DNA of 64,000 bases, from NCBI GenBank assembly GCA_964016885.1, contig OZ024752.1, positions 36,394,001 through 36,458,000 of the forward strand, in the 5' to 3' direction. Origin of the DNA: Eledone cirrhosa. Its lineage: Eukaryota. Positions 24,960 to 36,820 of this stretch are shown here, one piece after another. The first letter of the stretch is position 1, and each line of letters opens with the position of its first letter. The notes under the pieces were generated by a model. The model did not search any database. It saw only the letters and a list, made by a program, of their open reading frames with translations, and had not been told where the DNA came from. A program made the position numbers and the translations under genes.

Positions 24960-26860
24960 ACATAGGCTCTATAAAGCCTAGAGAAGGCAGCCCATTTAGG
25001 TGGGCAGTGACTCCGAAGGGGTACACATGAGCCCTGTAAGCCAGAGAGAAGGCAGCCCATTTAGGTGGGCAGTGACTCCGAAGGGGTACACATGAGCCCT
25101 GTAAGCCAGAGAGAAGGCAGCCCATTCAGGGGAGCAGTGACTCTGAAGGGGTAGACATGAGGTGTGTAAGCGACAAAGAGGGCAGCCCATTTAGGGGAGC
25201 AGTGACTCCGAATGGGTAGACATGAGGTGTGTAAGCGACAAAGAGGGCAGCCCATTTAGGTGAACAGTGACTCCGAAGGCGTAGATATGAGCTCTGTAAG
25301 CGACAAAGAGGGCAGCCCATTTAGGGTAGCAGTGACTCCGAAGGGGTAGACACGAGCTCCGCAAGCCACAGAGAAGGCAGCCCATTTAGGTGAGCAGTGA
25401 CTCTGAAGGGGTAGACATGAGGTCTGTAAGCGACAAAGAGGGCAGCCCATTTAGGGGAGCAGTGACTCCGAATGGGTAGACATGAGGTGTGTAAGCGACA
25501 AAGAGGGCAGCCCATTTAGGTGAACAGTGACTCCGAAGGGGTAGATATGAGCTCTGTAAGCGACAAAGAGGGCAGCCCATTTAGGGTAGCAGTGACTCCG
25601 AAGGGGTAGATATGAGCTCTGTAAGCCACAGAGAGGGCAGCCCATTTAGGGTAGCAGTGACTCTGAAGAGGTAGACATGAGGTCTGTAAGCCACAAAGAA
25701 AGCAGCTCATTCAGGGGAGCAGTGACTCCGAATGGGTAGACATGAGGTGTGTAAGCGACAAAGAGGGCAGCCCATTTAGGTGAACAGTGACTCCGAAGGG
25801 GTAGATATGAGCTCTGTAAGCGACAAAGAGGGCAGCCCATTTAGGGTAGCAGTGACTCCGAAGGGGTAGACACGAGCTCCGCAAGCCACAGAGAAGGCAG
25901 CCCATTTAGGTGAGCAGTGACTCTGAAGGGGTAGACATGAGGTCTGTAAGCGACAAAGAGGGCAGCCCATTTAGGGGAGCAGTGACTCCGAATGGGTAGA
26001 CATGAGGTGTGTAAGCGACAAAGAGGGCAGCCCATTTAGGTGAACAGTGACTCCGAAGGGGTAGATATGAGCTCTGTAAGCGACAAAGAGGGCAGCCCAT
26101 TTAGGGTAGCAGTGACTCCGAAGGGGTAGACACGAGCTCCGCAAGCCACAGAGAAGGCAGCCCATTTAGGTGAGCAGTGACTCTGAAGGGGTAGACATGA
26201 GGTCTGTAAGCGACAAAGAGGGCAGCCCATTTAGGGGAGCAGTGACTCCGAATGGGTAGACATGAGGTGTGTAAGCGACAAAGAGGGCAGCCCATTTAGG
26301 GTAGCAGTGACTCCGAAGGGGTAGATATGAGCTCTGTAAGCCACAGAGAGGGCAGCCCATTTAGGGTAGTAGTGACTCTGAAGAGGTAGACATGAGGTCT
26401 GTAAGCCACAAAGAAAGCAGCTCATTCAGGGGAGCAGTGACTCCGAATGGGTAGACATGAGGTGTGTAAGCGACAAAGAGGGCAGCCCATTTAGGTGAAC
26501 AGTGACTCCGAAGGGGTAGATATGAGCTCTGTAAGCGACAAAGAGGGCAGCCCATTTAGGGTAGCAGTGACTCCGAAGGGGTAGATATGAGCTCTGTAAG
26601 CCACAGAGAGGGCAGCCCATTTAGGGTAGCAGTGACTCTGAAGAGGTAGACATGAGGTCTGTAAGCCACAAAGAAAGCAGCTCATTCAGGGGAGCAGTGA
26701 CTCTGAAGAAATGAAACTATACAGGGTAGACATGGACCCTGTAAGCCGCTGGGATGGTAATTCATCCAGGAGAGCAGTCACTCCAAATGAATAGGACTGC
26801 ATCGGGTAGACGGGGACTCCAGAAGCTGGAGAGAAGGTAGCCTATGTAGGAGAGAAGGTA
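24960..26860. repeat. 65-bp satellite, ~27 copies, with 4-mer (260 bp) higher-order repeats and degenerate longer units at the right edge
   Basis: GGCAGCCCATTTAGG...GCAGTGACTCCGAAGGGGTAGA... period 65; identical ORF-track peptides recur 260 and 520 bp apart. Confidence 0.95.
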
Positions 26861-27114
26861 CTCTCAATTAAAACTGATAGAGGTGATAGAAGGGACTCTT
26901 AAGTTCTGACAGACAATCTCTCTAGTTCTGGTGGTATGATAAAATCCACCCAGCCTGTACAGTATTAAAAGTGGTTGGTGATAGGAAGGGTATCCAGACA
27001 GAATATTTCTGCTAAAATAACTATGACTAGCACAACATATAGTATTATAAATGATGGTGATGATGATGATGATGATTTGTATCTCAGATTATATTATCTA
27101 ACACATCTTTTTCT

Positions 27115-27343
27115 TTAACCCGTTAGCATTTAAACCGGCCATATCCGGCCAGAATTCTCTCACCTCTTTCTGTTCAAACTGGCCATAACTGGCCACTCGT
27201 ACTTATGTTAAGGTATTGTTCTTCAAATAAATAACACAAAAATCTCGAAGATTGAATATTATGTGAGATAATTATGTGAAATAAAGCATTTACCATGAAT
27301 ATACAATAGTATATATAGAGTAATGTAAATGCTGAAGGGTTAA
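27115..27343 (+). mobile_element. piggyBac-type MITE
   Basis: TTAA-CCCGTTAGCATTTA ... TAAATGCTGAAGGG-TTAA terminal inverted repeats with TTAA flanks. Confidence 0.75.
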
Positions 27344-27720
27344 AGGCAGTTAGATGTGATTTGAGAGGAATTTGGCTGCTATTTCTAGCAGGCTGTGGAC
27401 TATGTAGAGGCTTTATTTGTTAGCTCATGTTAATTAGGTTGTATAGAAAGGTGTTATGTTAACTAATTAGTGCAGCAGCACCATTGTCAACTGTTATAAA
27501 AGTAGATGAAGTATCAAGGCCTAAAGCTGATGGATTAATTTAGGAAAGCAGTTGGGTGAGTCATAACATCATCATCATTTCTGGTGTTGTTTAACGTCCA
27601 TTTTGTAAATGCAATTTGGGTTTGTCATCATAAATATAAATCATCATCAGCTCTCAGTAGGTTGAATATCATGGATTGCCATCTCAGTCTTGTGCTGTCT
27701 TTATATATTTACTGTATTTT

Positions 27721-29385
27721 AATAATAATAATAATAATGAAATTGTGTACAGTGCTCAGGTGCACAACAACTTATCAAAGGTGCATGTATAGTACATAGA
27801 ATAATGTACAAATGTCAGGAAATTTCACAGTGTATGAGTCATGATATACATGTGTGTGTGTGTGTGTGTATGTGTGTGTGGAGGAGGGATAAGTGGAGTG
27901 TTGGCGAATTTCAGGAAGCATGGAGGTTTTAAAGTATGCAGTGTCTCGACAGCTAACAACTGATGCAGGTAGTTTGTTCCATGGAGGTTTTAAAGTATGC
28001 AGTGTCTCAACAGCTAACAACTGATGCAGGTAGTTTGTTCCATGGAGGTTTTAAAGTATGCAGTGTCTCAACAGCTAACAACTGATGCAGGTAGTTTGTT
28101 CCATGGAGGTTTTAAAGGATGCAGTGTCTCAACAGCTAACAACTGATGCAGGTAGTTTGTTCCATGGAGGTTTTAAAGGATGCAGTGTCTCAACAGCTAA
28201 CAACTGATGCAGGTAGTTTGTTCCATGGAGGTTTTAAAGTATGCAGTGTCTCAACAGCTAACAACTGATGCAGGTAGTTTGTTCCATGGAGGTTTTAAAG
28301 GATGCAGTGTCTCAACAGCTAACAACTGATGCAGGTAGTTTGTTCCATGGAGGTTTTAAAGGATGCAGTGTCTCAACAGCTAACAACTGATGCAGCTAGT
28401 TTGTTCCATGGAGGTTTTAAAGTATGCAGTGTCTCGAAAGCTAACAACTGATGCAGGTAGTTTGTTCCATGGAGGTTTTAAAGTATGCAGTGTCTCAACA
28501 GCTAACAACTGATGCAGGTAGTTTGTTCCATGGAGGTTTTAAAGTATGCAGTGTCTCAACAGCTAACAACTAATGCAGGTAGTTTGTTCCATGGAGGTTT
28601 TAAAGGATGCAGTGTCTCAACAGCTAACAACTGATGCAGGTAGTTTGTTCCATGGAGGTTTTAAAGTATGCAGTGTCTCGATAGCTAACAACTGATGCAG
28701 GTAGTTTGTTCCATGGAGGTTTTAAAGTATGCAGTGTCTCGATAGCTAACAACTGATGCAGGTAGTTTGTTCCATGGAGGTTTTAAAGTATGCAGTGTCT
28801 CGATAGCTAACAACTGATGCAGGTAGTTTGTTCCATGGAGGTTTTAAAGTATGCAGTGTCTCAACAGCTAACAACTGATGCAGGTAGTTTGTTCCATGGA
28901 GGTTTTAAAGTATGCAGTGTCTCGATAGCTAACAACTGATGCAGGTAGTTTGTTCCATGGAGGTTTTAAAGGATGCAGTGTCTGAACAGCTAACAACTGA
29001 TGCAGGTAGTTTGTTCCATGGAGGTTTTAAAGTATGCAGTGTCTCAACAGCTAACAACTGACGCAGGTAGTTTGTTCCATGGAGGTTTTAAAGTATGCAG
29101 TGTCTCAACAGCTAACAACTGATGCAGGTAGTTTGTTCCATGGAGGTTTTAAAGGATGCAGTGTCTCAACAGCTAACAACTGATGCAAGTAGTTTGTTCC
29201 ATGGAGGTTTTAAAGGATGCAGTGTCTCAACAGCTAACAACTGATGCAGGTAGTTTGTTCCATACTCTGAGCAGGAAAAAAGGTTTCCGAAAGTCATGGG
29301 AGCTGTGATGTTTTCTGACTTTGTAGGCATGCCCACGTGTGTTAGACACATGGAAATCAAAACGGTGCTCAGGATTGTTGTTAGC
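27721..29385 (-). mobile_element. CR1-type LINE 3' fragment (end of ORF2 + 3' UTR + (ATT)n tail) interrupted by tandem expansion
   Basis: Minus-strand peptide SNTRGHAYKVRK...RKPFFLLRVWNKLPASVVSCRDTAYFK matches the CR1-clade RT C-terminal pattern TRGH..K...FF..RV..WN.LP..VV....FK; 3' UTR repeated at ~48915-49030. Confidence 0.8.
27919..29263. repeat. 61-bp tandem repeat, 22 copies
   Basis: CATGGAGGTTTTAAAGTATGCAGTGTCTCAACAGCTAACAACTGATGCAGGTAGTTTGTTC x22 plus terminal CAT. Confidence 0.97.
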
Positions 29386-29753
29386 TGTTATCATCATCAT
29401 CATCATCATACCTCTGCTTATTCACAGGGGTGATGGAAGCATTTCTGAATTGGTGGGGGGGTGGGGTGGGCAAATTTGGTCAATTTAGTTGTAGTGATTA
29501 GTTTCACTCTTTGCACTATAAAATGGTCAGAAAATGCAATTTGAGTTCAAGCAGGTCATATTATATTTACAGCTTTCAATAATTATAAAGTGATTATAGC
29601 AAAATGACTTCTGAATACACATACTAGCAATTGGCAAATAGTGATATATAGAGAATTCCTGTCATGGACAGGAAAATGTTGATTTTGATTACATGTGTGT
29701 TTTTGAGTTGGTTATAATGTTTATATTCTAAATTTCGTCTTTTTTTTTTTCAG

Positions 29754-29807
29754 GAGATTGAAAAATTAGTTTTAAAATCTATTTCCTTGATGGAAGATGA
29801 AGATAAT
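29754..29807 (+). CDS. GLCCI1/FAM117-family protein, internal exon (EIEKLVLKSISLMEDEDN)
   Basis: Polypyrimidine-CAG acceptor, GTATGT donor, phase 0/0; precedes the DIPDGHRAP exon as in FAM117/GLCCI1. Confidence 0.8.
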
Positions 29808-30237
29808 GTATGTATATATTTTAATATATTATTCTTTATTTTTTTCATATTTACACCAATTTTATTTTTGGAATCATTATAAATTACAATAATAGTAAGA
29901 GGAATATAATTGAATGTACCTAGTACACTCTGTAAAGTGGTAGTGCTGGTGCTACAATAAAATGTACAGAGTCTACTCTGTTAGGTGGTCATGGTAGTGC
30001 CTCTATAAAAAAAATATATATGTTCCTCGTTCTCTCACCTATTCCTGAGAGGGTCATGGGGGCAGAGTCCTCAATCTTCAGATACGCAACCTTTGTGCAT
30101 CCATCCCACGCCTCCCAGGACATGTCGCAGGCCAGTTTTTGCAGCAATATATTTTTCAAACAGGCCCCTCTACCTTAAGGTTATTCCTTGTTTATATTCT
30201 TTAGAAGGGTCAATGTAATTGTTTTGTTTCTTTGTAG

Positions 30238-30568
30238 ACTCACGATATTCCTGATGGCCATCGAGCACCTCTGCCTGATCAGCAGCAACACCAACAGTAT
30301 TCCATAAGTGGTTGTAATACCAACAATAATGGACCTAATTCTTTGGCAACAACGAGAACCTTATATACACAAACTCCTTCAAGTTGTTTTGAAAATAGAG
30401 AAGTTTCTTCAGTTAGTAGCAATAGCAGTAATTCTTCTACAGCAAATCGTTCCCATTCTGTTAGTCCTGCAATGCCAATTATCCCTACTATGGCACATAT
30501 AGACACTTCGCGACCTTCTAGTCAAATAGCCAGTAAATCAGAGTATAATTCATCAGAAACAGAAAAAG
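30238..30568 (+). CDS. GLCCI1/FAM117-family protein exon (THDIPDGHRAPLPDQ...SETEK)
   Basis: TTTGTAG acceptor, GTGAGT donor, open frame; DIPDGHRAP is a FAM117/GLCCI1 motif. Confidence 0.9.
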
Positions 30569-30574
30569 GTGAGT

Positions 30575-30612
30575 TAACCCTTTAGCATTTTCATTACTCT
30601 ATATATACTATA
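30575..30612 (-). mobile_element. Truncated end of piggyBac-type MITE abutting the splice donor
   Basis: TTAACCCTTTAGCATTTTCATTACTCTATATATA matches the end of the 34597 copy. Confidence 0.55.
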
Positions 30613-30618
30613 TACATT

Positions 30619-30860
30619 GAGGCACATGGCCTAGTGGTAAGGGTGTTGGACTTATGACCATAATGTCATGGGTTTAATTCCTGGGCTGGGTTATGTGTTG
30701 TGTTCTTGAGCAAAACACTTCATTTCACGTTGCTCCAGTATACTCAGCCGAAAATGAGTACCAGAATTAGCTGGAGCTTTAACCTTGTGATGGACTGGTG
30801 TCATGATAAAAATGCACCCAGTACATTCCGTAAAGTAGTTGGTAAATAGAGATAGACAGC
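30619..30860 (+). mobile_element. tRNA-derived SINE (second family; TTGAGCAAGACACTT core)
   Basis: GAGGCACATGGCCTAGTGGTAAG A-box-like and GGTTTAATTCC B-box-like head; similar to 34880, 47286, 50488, 60806. Confidence 0.75.
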
Positions 30861-30900
30861 ATAGGACCAAAATAACTGTTTAGTTTGGTGAAGGATATGA

Positions 30901-31086
<186 letters not shown>

Positions 31087-31584
31087 TAAGTTACCTTTTG
31101 AATTACCCTTTTTATTTTATTTGAGCTTTTCTATTTTGACCCCCCCCCCCCCCCCCCCCCCCAAAAAAAAGGGGATCACCCTAGTTTTGGTGCCACGATA
31201 AAGTGCACCCCATTCATCTGCTAGTTAATTTATTTCATGGTTTTTTGTTTTTTTTACCATTTTTCCATTTTTCCATCTCCTCTAAATACTGATTTCCCAA
31301 GCTTCTGTTATCATGGCATGGTTATATAAATCCAACTAGCCAACTACAGAATATAAAAACTGCTCAAGTGATCTAGAATCTAGGTTATTATTATCAGTAG
31401 AATCAGTGAAATGTTAGCAGTACGGATTTGGAACCACAATACCACCAACTTGGAGATGTGATATCTCCTCAAATGTTTTTTCTACATTCCTTCAGTGTTA
31501 TTGTCACTGACATTCCACACATACCAATCTTAACAGATTTTCATGGTTCTACATATTTATTATTAGAAACTGCATCAGGGTGGT

Positions 31585-31810
31585 GGATTGGCAGTATTGG
31601 TAGAGCGTTGGATAATATACTTTGTAGCATATAGGTATACTACATTCTGAGTTCAAATCCCACTGATGTTAGCTTTGCCTTTCATCCTTCCGGGATCGAT
31701 AAAATAAAGTACCAGTAATGCACTGAGGTTGATAAAATAAAGTACTGGGATTGATTTAATCAACTTTGTCCTTTCCCCAAATTTGCTGACCTTGTGCCTA
31801 AATTAGAAAT
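31585..31810 (+). mobile_element. tRNA-derived SINE (GCCTTTCATCC core family)
   Basis: GGCAGTATTGGTAGAG...GAGTTCAAATCCC...GCCTTTCATCCTTCCGGGATCGATAAAATAAAGTACCAG. Confidence 0.75.
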
Positions 31811-31970
31811 CAATATATATATAAAATGTATAGGCATGGAGAAGGGATGGGCTCCACCAGGTTTTTAAATGCCCTTAGAAATGCAGTGTCAATATGGCAC
31901 TTCTACGACTCCCACAAGAGTTAAGGGTCCATGCCATATTTAAAATAGTAATTTGTATTTCTTTATTATT

Positions 31971-32455
31971 AAAGCAATTTTAGAGGTAATGGAAAGGAAT
32001 GTGGGAAATTTAAGAATCAAAGAGGCTATTATCATCAACAAGAAAAGACCAAAGATAAATAATAGTTTAGAAATGCATGAAGTAGATTGGCTAATATAAC
32101 AGCCCCTCACATGCATATTTTAGACACCAAGACCAATTAGGGATGACCACATCGATTGTTAGTTTTTGTTTTGAACTGTTTCTGTTTAACATTTGAAATA
32201 TCTTGTTGAAATATACTGGGTAAAAGCATAACATTTTGTTTCATTTGTCATCCTTTGCCCTTTATATATTTCTACCGCATTGTACCGACTTTCTGAAACT
32301 TATAAATCATTTATAACACATTTGAAAAGAGGGTAATAGCCCTGAAATATCATGTTGAAATATACTGGGTAAAACATTACTTTGTTTTGTTTTATTTATC
32401 ATCCTTTGCCCTTTATATATTTCTACTGCATTGTACTGACTTTTTGAAACTTATT
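31971..32455 (+). mobile_element. Penelope-like element remnant: GIY-YIG C-terminus plus duplicated downstream segment
   Basis: 31971-32099 translates KAILEVMERNVGNLRIKEAIIINKKRPKINNSLEMHEVDWLI*, matching the PLE endonuclease end L.I.EA..I....P.IN; ~115-bp direct repeat at ~32195 and ~32344. Confidence 0.65.
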
Positions 32456-32480
32456 GGTCATTCATTTTTTTCTTTTGTAG

Positions 32481-32670
32481 GAAGACTCCAGCTATTAAAG
32501 AACCCCTTTTGTTTTGCTCTCCAAAGAATACAGCATATGTTCTAAAACCAAGTGTTACATCAGCATTTAACCCTTTGTATAAAAGTTTGATGAATCAAAG
32601 CCCAGAACTTACCTTATGTAGTCCTGCAGCTAATTCTAACCAACCCCAGACCAGTATAGAAGGACAGTGA
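32481..32670 (+). CDS. GLCCI1/FAM117-family protein, last coding exon (KTPAIKEPLLFCSPKN...SAFNPLY...IEGQ*)
   Basis: TTTGTAG acceptor, phase 2 continuity, TGA at 32668-32670; FC....K...SAF.P resembles the FAM117 C-terminal motif. Confidence 0.88.
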
Positions 32671-32824
32671 TAAATTACCTCAACGGTTCGTTAGCAACAA
32701 TAATTTATTAAGAGTGTCATGAAGTATTTCAAATGTTTATTTTGGCATTTTCTTCCAGACTCTTTGATTAAAAAAAAATCCCCAAAACATCGATTCTAAA
32801 CTATTTGCTAAATCATATTGAGCA

Positions 32825-33300
32825 TTAAATGCCAGAGACACCATTAATTGAAAAATGGTTTGTTAATTCATAAATGATATTTAATGCCAGAGATACCATT
32901 ATTGGGAAATGGTTTATTAATTCACAAACGATATTAAACGCCAGAGGTACAGTCATTGGGAAATAGTTTATCAGTTTATAAACGACATTAAATGCAAATA
33001 ATATGGTCAATGAAAAAAGGTTTATCAATTCACAAACATTAAATGTCGGATACAGTAATTGGAAATGGTTTACCAATTCACAAGTGACATTCAATGTCAT
33101 TGATACAGTCAATGAAAAAAGGTTTGTCAATTTCCAAATGACACTACCACTGATATAGTCAATGAAAAAAATGTTTGTCAATTCCCAAATGAGATTGTCA
33201 GTGATATTTTCAATGAAAAAAGGTGTCAATTCACAAACGATATTAAATGCCAGTAATACGATCAATGGAGAAAGGTTTACGAATTTACAAATGACATTTG
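32825..33300. repeat. Degenerate ~55-60 bp tandem repeat in the presumed 3' UTR
   Basis: Recurrent ATTAAATGCCAGAG...CAATGAAAAAAGGTTT...AATTCACAAA blocks. Confidence 0.7.
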
Positions 33301-33934
33301 TAAACTCTTGGGTTCTAATCGTCTATATAACTTCTATAGTTTGTTTAATTTCATAATTTTCATGTTACTTTCTATATCATATATCATTATTTCATTCTAC
33401 AGATATTTCCGTATCTGTGCCTTTTTTGTTTCATAGTCTGCTATTTAGTAATTTTTTTTTTTAATCAATGCCTAAAGCTGAAAAATGAACCAATAATTGG
33501 TGAGCTATCATCTTTTGTTTTTTCTATTATAACTCACTAAAGCTGAGAATGTGATATCTGATTTTACAGATTTGAACTAGAAATTGATATGAGCTTTATT
33601 CTATTGTTATGGCTTGGATGATGATGATGGAAGCATATTTTGCTGTTTTTCTGTGCATACAGTAACAATACATTGCTTTAGCAGAGTTAAATTTCCTCCT
33701 TCCTTTTTGAATGGGGTTTCCTTTCTATAGCCATGCTTTGTCAATTCTTAAAAAGTCTTAAAAAAAAACAAACAAACAAATCAACAAAAAAAAAGCATCC
33801 CCCAAACCCTCAAAAAATTTATATTCATTAAGGATCTACTATTGTCTGTCTGTAAGTAAGCTATTAATTTTATACCATCATATGTTACTGTTTGTGGTGT
33901 ATAAGTGGATATCTGACTTCCATTGGTACAAAGT

Positions 33935-33980
<46 letters not shown>

Positions 33981-34596
33981 TCTACACACTTTCACCACAT
34001 GTATATTAAGCATCTTTTTGCACATAAAACCATGTATGTATACCATGTACATATATATATGTACATGCACACACTTTATCTGTGATCTACATACGGTAAG
34101 GTAAATCTTAATGTTAAACAAAACCTTTAATTTAGAGCAAAAGATGAAAATAAATGTTCCAGAAGGGGGAAAAAAACAAAACAGTTTTCTGATTTGATTT
34201 GCTGAAAAACTTAATGTAGTGTGGGATTATATTTCAGAGAAATGATAAATAATAATTCTAAACATTGGGCAATCAGTAGCTCTGCTTCAGGACTGACTTA
34301 GTCTTTGTAGACCTGTCCAACCCTTGCTAAAAGGGAAAGTGGATGTTAAATGATGGTGATAATGATGACATAATGTTTTAGAAATATATGGTTTGCTGAA
34401 AAACTTAAGTGTAGCATGAGATTATATATCAGAGAATGAATAATAATTCTAAACACTGGCATAATGTTTTGGAAATATATGAAAAGGAGCAATGAATGAT
34501 AGAATGGCAGACTGAATGCTTTGTGATAGTTAGACATCTTTTTTGTCTTTCATCCTTCTAAGGGTGGGGCTCAATATAATATATAGCTATCAACTA

Positions 34597-34817
34597 TTAA
34601 CCCTTTAGCATTTACATTACTCTATATATATTATTGTATTTTCATAGTAAAGGCTTTACCTGACACAATTATCTCACATAATATCGAATCTGAGATTTTC
34701 ATATTATTTATTTTGAGAACAATACCTTAACATCAGTATGAGTGGCCAGTTACAGCTGATTTGAACAGAAAGAGGTGAGAGAATTCTGGCTGGATATGCT
34801 AAATGGTAAAGGGTTAA
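34597..34817 (-). mobile_element. piggyBac-type MITE
   Basis: TTAACCCTTTAGCATTTA...TAAAGGGTTAA; reverse complement of the 27115 copy. Confidence 0.75.
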
Positions 34818-34879
34818 ACCCTCCCTTCAAATGATTCTCTTCTGCCTATAGTAATTTTAGCATGAAAAGATGGTCGTAT

Positions 34880-35190
34880 GGAGGCACTTAGCTTAGTGGT
34901 TAGGGTGTTTGGCTTCTAATCTTAAGGCCGGGAGTTTGATTCCCAACAACGTGTTGTGTCCTTGAGCAAGATACTTGGCTTCACATTGCTCCAGTCCCAC
35001 TCGGCTGTAAATAATGAGTTGTACCTGGATTTAAAGAGAATACCTTGTCGCACACTGTCATACTGAATCTCCCTGAAAACTACATTAGAGGTACACGTGT
35101 CTGTAGAATGCTCAGCCACTTGCACCTTAATTTCATCAGCTGGTTATTTCGTTGGTCAAATAACTGGAACACTGTCGGAACCAATGGAAG
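34880..35190 (+). mobile_element. tRNA-derived SINE
   Basis: GGAGGCACTTAGCTTAGTGGTTAGGG...GAGTTTGATTCCC...TGTGTCCTTGAGCAAGATACTT. Confidence 0.75.
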
Positions 35191-35364
35191 TCCAACCCAC
35201 AAAAGGTGGTGGATGGCAGAATCTGTAGAGTGCCAGACAAAAATGTCTTGTGTTATTTAGTTCATATTCCTTTATGTTCTGAGTTCAATTCTTGTTTGGT
35301 CAGCTTTGCTTTTCATGTCCAGAGGTTGCAAAATAGCCAATTTAATTGTCTTTACTCCTTCTTT

Positions 35365-35775
35365 ATAAATCCCTGATCTGGGGCCAATATAAGAAATCTA
35401 TATTAATTCCTGGTCTGGGGCCAGAATCCTGTATAAATCCCTGGCCCAAGACCAATACAAGAAACCTACATTAATCACTGATCTAGGGCCAACTCTTGAA
35501 ACCTATAGTAATGCCTGGCCCAGGGCCAATACAAGAAACCTATATAAATCCCTGGTCTGGGGCCAACATAAGCCTTTATTAATCCCTGGTCAAGGGCCAA
35601 CCCTTGAAACCTATATTAATGCCTGGTCTGGGGCCAACACAAGAAACTGTTACTAATCCCTGGTCTGGGGCCAATTCAAGAGGCCTATATAAATGCTTGG
35701 TCTGGGGCCAAATACAAGAAACCTTTATTAATGCTTGGTCTGGGGCCAACACACGAAACCCATATTAATGCTTTG
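35365..35775. repeat. Degenerate ~39-bp minisatellite
   Basis: TAAATCCCTGGTCTGGGGCCAATACAAGAAACCTATA-like units, ~10 copies. Confidence 0.8.
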
Positions 35776-36714
35776 AAGCATTCTGTTCATTTCATAGAAT
35801 ATTTTCCTTCGCATGAAATTCTATTTTCATTATGAAGAAACGTTATTTACGATATGATAAAGTAAAAATGAAGGCAGTGAATTGACAGTTGTTAGAACTT
35901 TGGGTAGAATGCTTTGTGGTATTTGTTCTGGCTCTCTGCTCTCAATTTTGTCTTTCATTTCTTCATGACAGATAAAGTACTGGGATCGATTCTTCCTCTA
36001 TATCTCTTTCTCACTCTCTCTATCCTTCTCTGGAAGAAATCTGACGGATTCAGACCTGGAGAGGAGATGAAATCCGCATGGTTTAAAAAAAAAATGCTCT
36101 CGAAACACTGTCAATACGGCGTCCCTACAACTCTCCCTCGGGAGTTACGGGATCATACATACATGCATGCAAAGTAAAAATCATTTGTTTAAGATCAATA
36201 TTCCATCAGCTACAGAAATAGCTGATCAGCTTTACTTTACATTCCATTGAATCTTTGTAAAAATCCAAAATGTTGTTTGTTGGTATTTTTTATTTTTTTT
36301 ATTTTTCTAGGAACAGATTTAACAAACTTTACTATTCTGTTTAGCTTTATTTAAATATTGTATTGAAGTCTCCCAAACCCCATACCAACTCTGGTACCCC
36401 ATACACACTCCAGCCCTTCTGGTATTTCTTTCATACACCCCCTCCGCTTTCCTTACAGAACATAAATCTCACCATTCTCCGAAGGCCCTGCAAAGGTCAT
36501 AAGTACAGCTCAGTCCTTCTAACTAAAACCCATTAAAAACATGTTAAATCTGTCATCAAAATATTAATGGTTGTTATATTTTACTCAATCTATGAACTAT
36601 AGATTTAATCTTGCTGAACAACTGGCATATAGTTTATATTTTCAAAATAACAGGTTTAATGTTGTGCTCATGAGCAGAAATGATATAAGATAGCTTATAA
36701 AGTAGGGTGAAGAC

Positions 36715-36820
36715 ACTTAGAGACGGAAAAAGTTGCCATCAGCCGCTATGAGGAATCAAACTCTATATCTCCTAAATATAGACTAGAGCTCTTTAGACTA
36801 TTAAGCCAACGGACCATGAC
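36715..36820 (-). mobile_element. tRNA-like SINE head of a third family
   Basis: Reverse complement GGTCCGTTGGCTTAATAGTCTAAAG...GAGTTTGATTCCTCATAGCGGCTGATGGCAACTTTTT; matches 54810-54860 GGTTCGATTCCTCATACCGGCTGATGGCAACTTTTT. Confidence 0.55.

Noticed and set aside
24916-26685. Ladder of 64-aa Cys-containing ORFs
   Set aside because: Artefact of a 65-bp period (3 units = 195 nt) cycling through the frames.
3205-29263. CRISPR-like regular arrays
   Set aside because: Units are head-to-tail with no unique spacers, there are no cas genes, and the context is eukaryotic.
32825-33265. 146-aa hydrophobic minus-strand ORF
   Set aside because: Lies in a degenerate tandem repeat antisense to the FAM117 3' UTR; no recognisable domain.
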